Assembly (NCBI GenBank): GCA_030141605.1 | Contig: JAQGDQ010000063.1 | Coordinates: 124,001 to 188,000 of the forward strand | Length of the DNA stretch: 64,000 nt | Source of the DNA: Tubiluchus corallicola | Taxonomy: Eukaryota > Animalia > Priapulida | Direction: 5' to 3' | Part shown: piece by piece, positions 63,271 through 64,000 of the stretch | How the letters are laid out: each line of letters starts with the position of its first letter | Position numbering within the stretch: position 1 is the first letter of the stretch | Program-made: the position numbers and the translations under genes | The notes under the pieces: generated by a model | The model's database searches: none | What the model saw: the letters and a program-made list of their open reading frames with translations, nothing else | Told to the model about the DNA's origin: nothing

Positions 63271-64000
63271 TCTAATAATATAAGAAAGCTGTCCTAAGGT
63301 TGGTTAAACACTACAGTTAATTTGATAAAAACTGTCAGCACCACTTCTAGTTAAGTGTTAATAGAAGCTTAGTCCATCTTGCACAACCTGCAATGGTAAT
63401 TGGATAATTGAAGTATGATTGGAGACTCAAAGAGGTCAGTGTCCAAACATACTTCAGTTCAAGATTCTCAAAAGTAAACACATCTTGCAGATGTCTGACA
63501 AGTTTATCCTTTGAATGCCAATCAATGCATCATATGTGCTTGGACCATTGTTGCTCCACTTGGTCCTTTAGGCTATACCAGCTAAAACTGAGGTTGTGGT
63601 CCAGCAAATTTCCAGGCCATTCAGCGCGATCTGCTCTGATAATTGTAATAGTCCTGACTCTTGAAGCTCGCAGCCCATGTGAGATGCATTACACTGCTGC
63701 AATAAATTGTGGACGTGACACATCATCTACTGATTCAGCAATACTGAGATGCCACATGTTCTGTATTGTTACTAGTCTTGTTGTTTAATGTTAACCAACG
63801 GTTGTTATTATGAATTGCACATTGTTTACTGATGTAATAAGTTCTTCTATGTTGATCCTCATTTTTGTACAGTCAACGGTTACCACTCTATGTATTTCAT
63901 TTGCGTAATTCTTTTGATGTAAGAAAAAATATCAGTTCCGTGAGTGATATTGGATTTTCAGCTAGTAACAAAGTATTCATAAATAAAAGTTGTACTACAC

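Noticed and set aside
63408-63788. 126-aa plus-strand ORF, or a hidden MARVEL first exon
   Set aside because: Non-ATG start and no recognisable family; no GxLKxxE-type MARVEL N-terminal exon found on the minus strand

Overview
AT-rich, intron-rich animal (invertebrate, probably lophotrochozoan-type) genomic DNA with one 433-nt assembly gap (29143-29575). Three spliced genes can be rebuilt by hand with consistent exon phases. (1) A DEK chromatin protein gene on the minus strand: ATG at 11505, 9 exons seen, 3' end apparently beyond the window start. (2) A complete 22-coding-exon Venus kinase receptor (VKR) gene on the plus strand (27852-54149, 3942 nt CDS, 1313 aa): signal peptide, an extra N-terminal module resembling ProX/OpuAC glycine-betaine-binding proteins, a class-C-GPCR-type Venus flytrap domain, one TM helix, an insulin-receptor-like tyrosine kinase and a C-terminal PDZ-type motif. 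It has a GC-AG intron and a uORF whose stop overlaps the start codon. (3) The last three exons of a MARVEL-domain (CMTM/plasmolipin-like) gene on the minus strand, tail-to-tail with VKR. Introns and intergenic DNA hold many non-autonomous DNA transposons (hAT-, pogo/Tigger- and Ginger-like, including one hAT-like element nested in inverted orientation in a copy of its own family), CR1/L2 LINE relics, tRNA-derived SINE fragments and tandem repeats. All family assignments come from motif recognition; no database search was run. VKR is a described family, so the most novel-looking point is its apparent two-ligand-module ectodomain.
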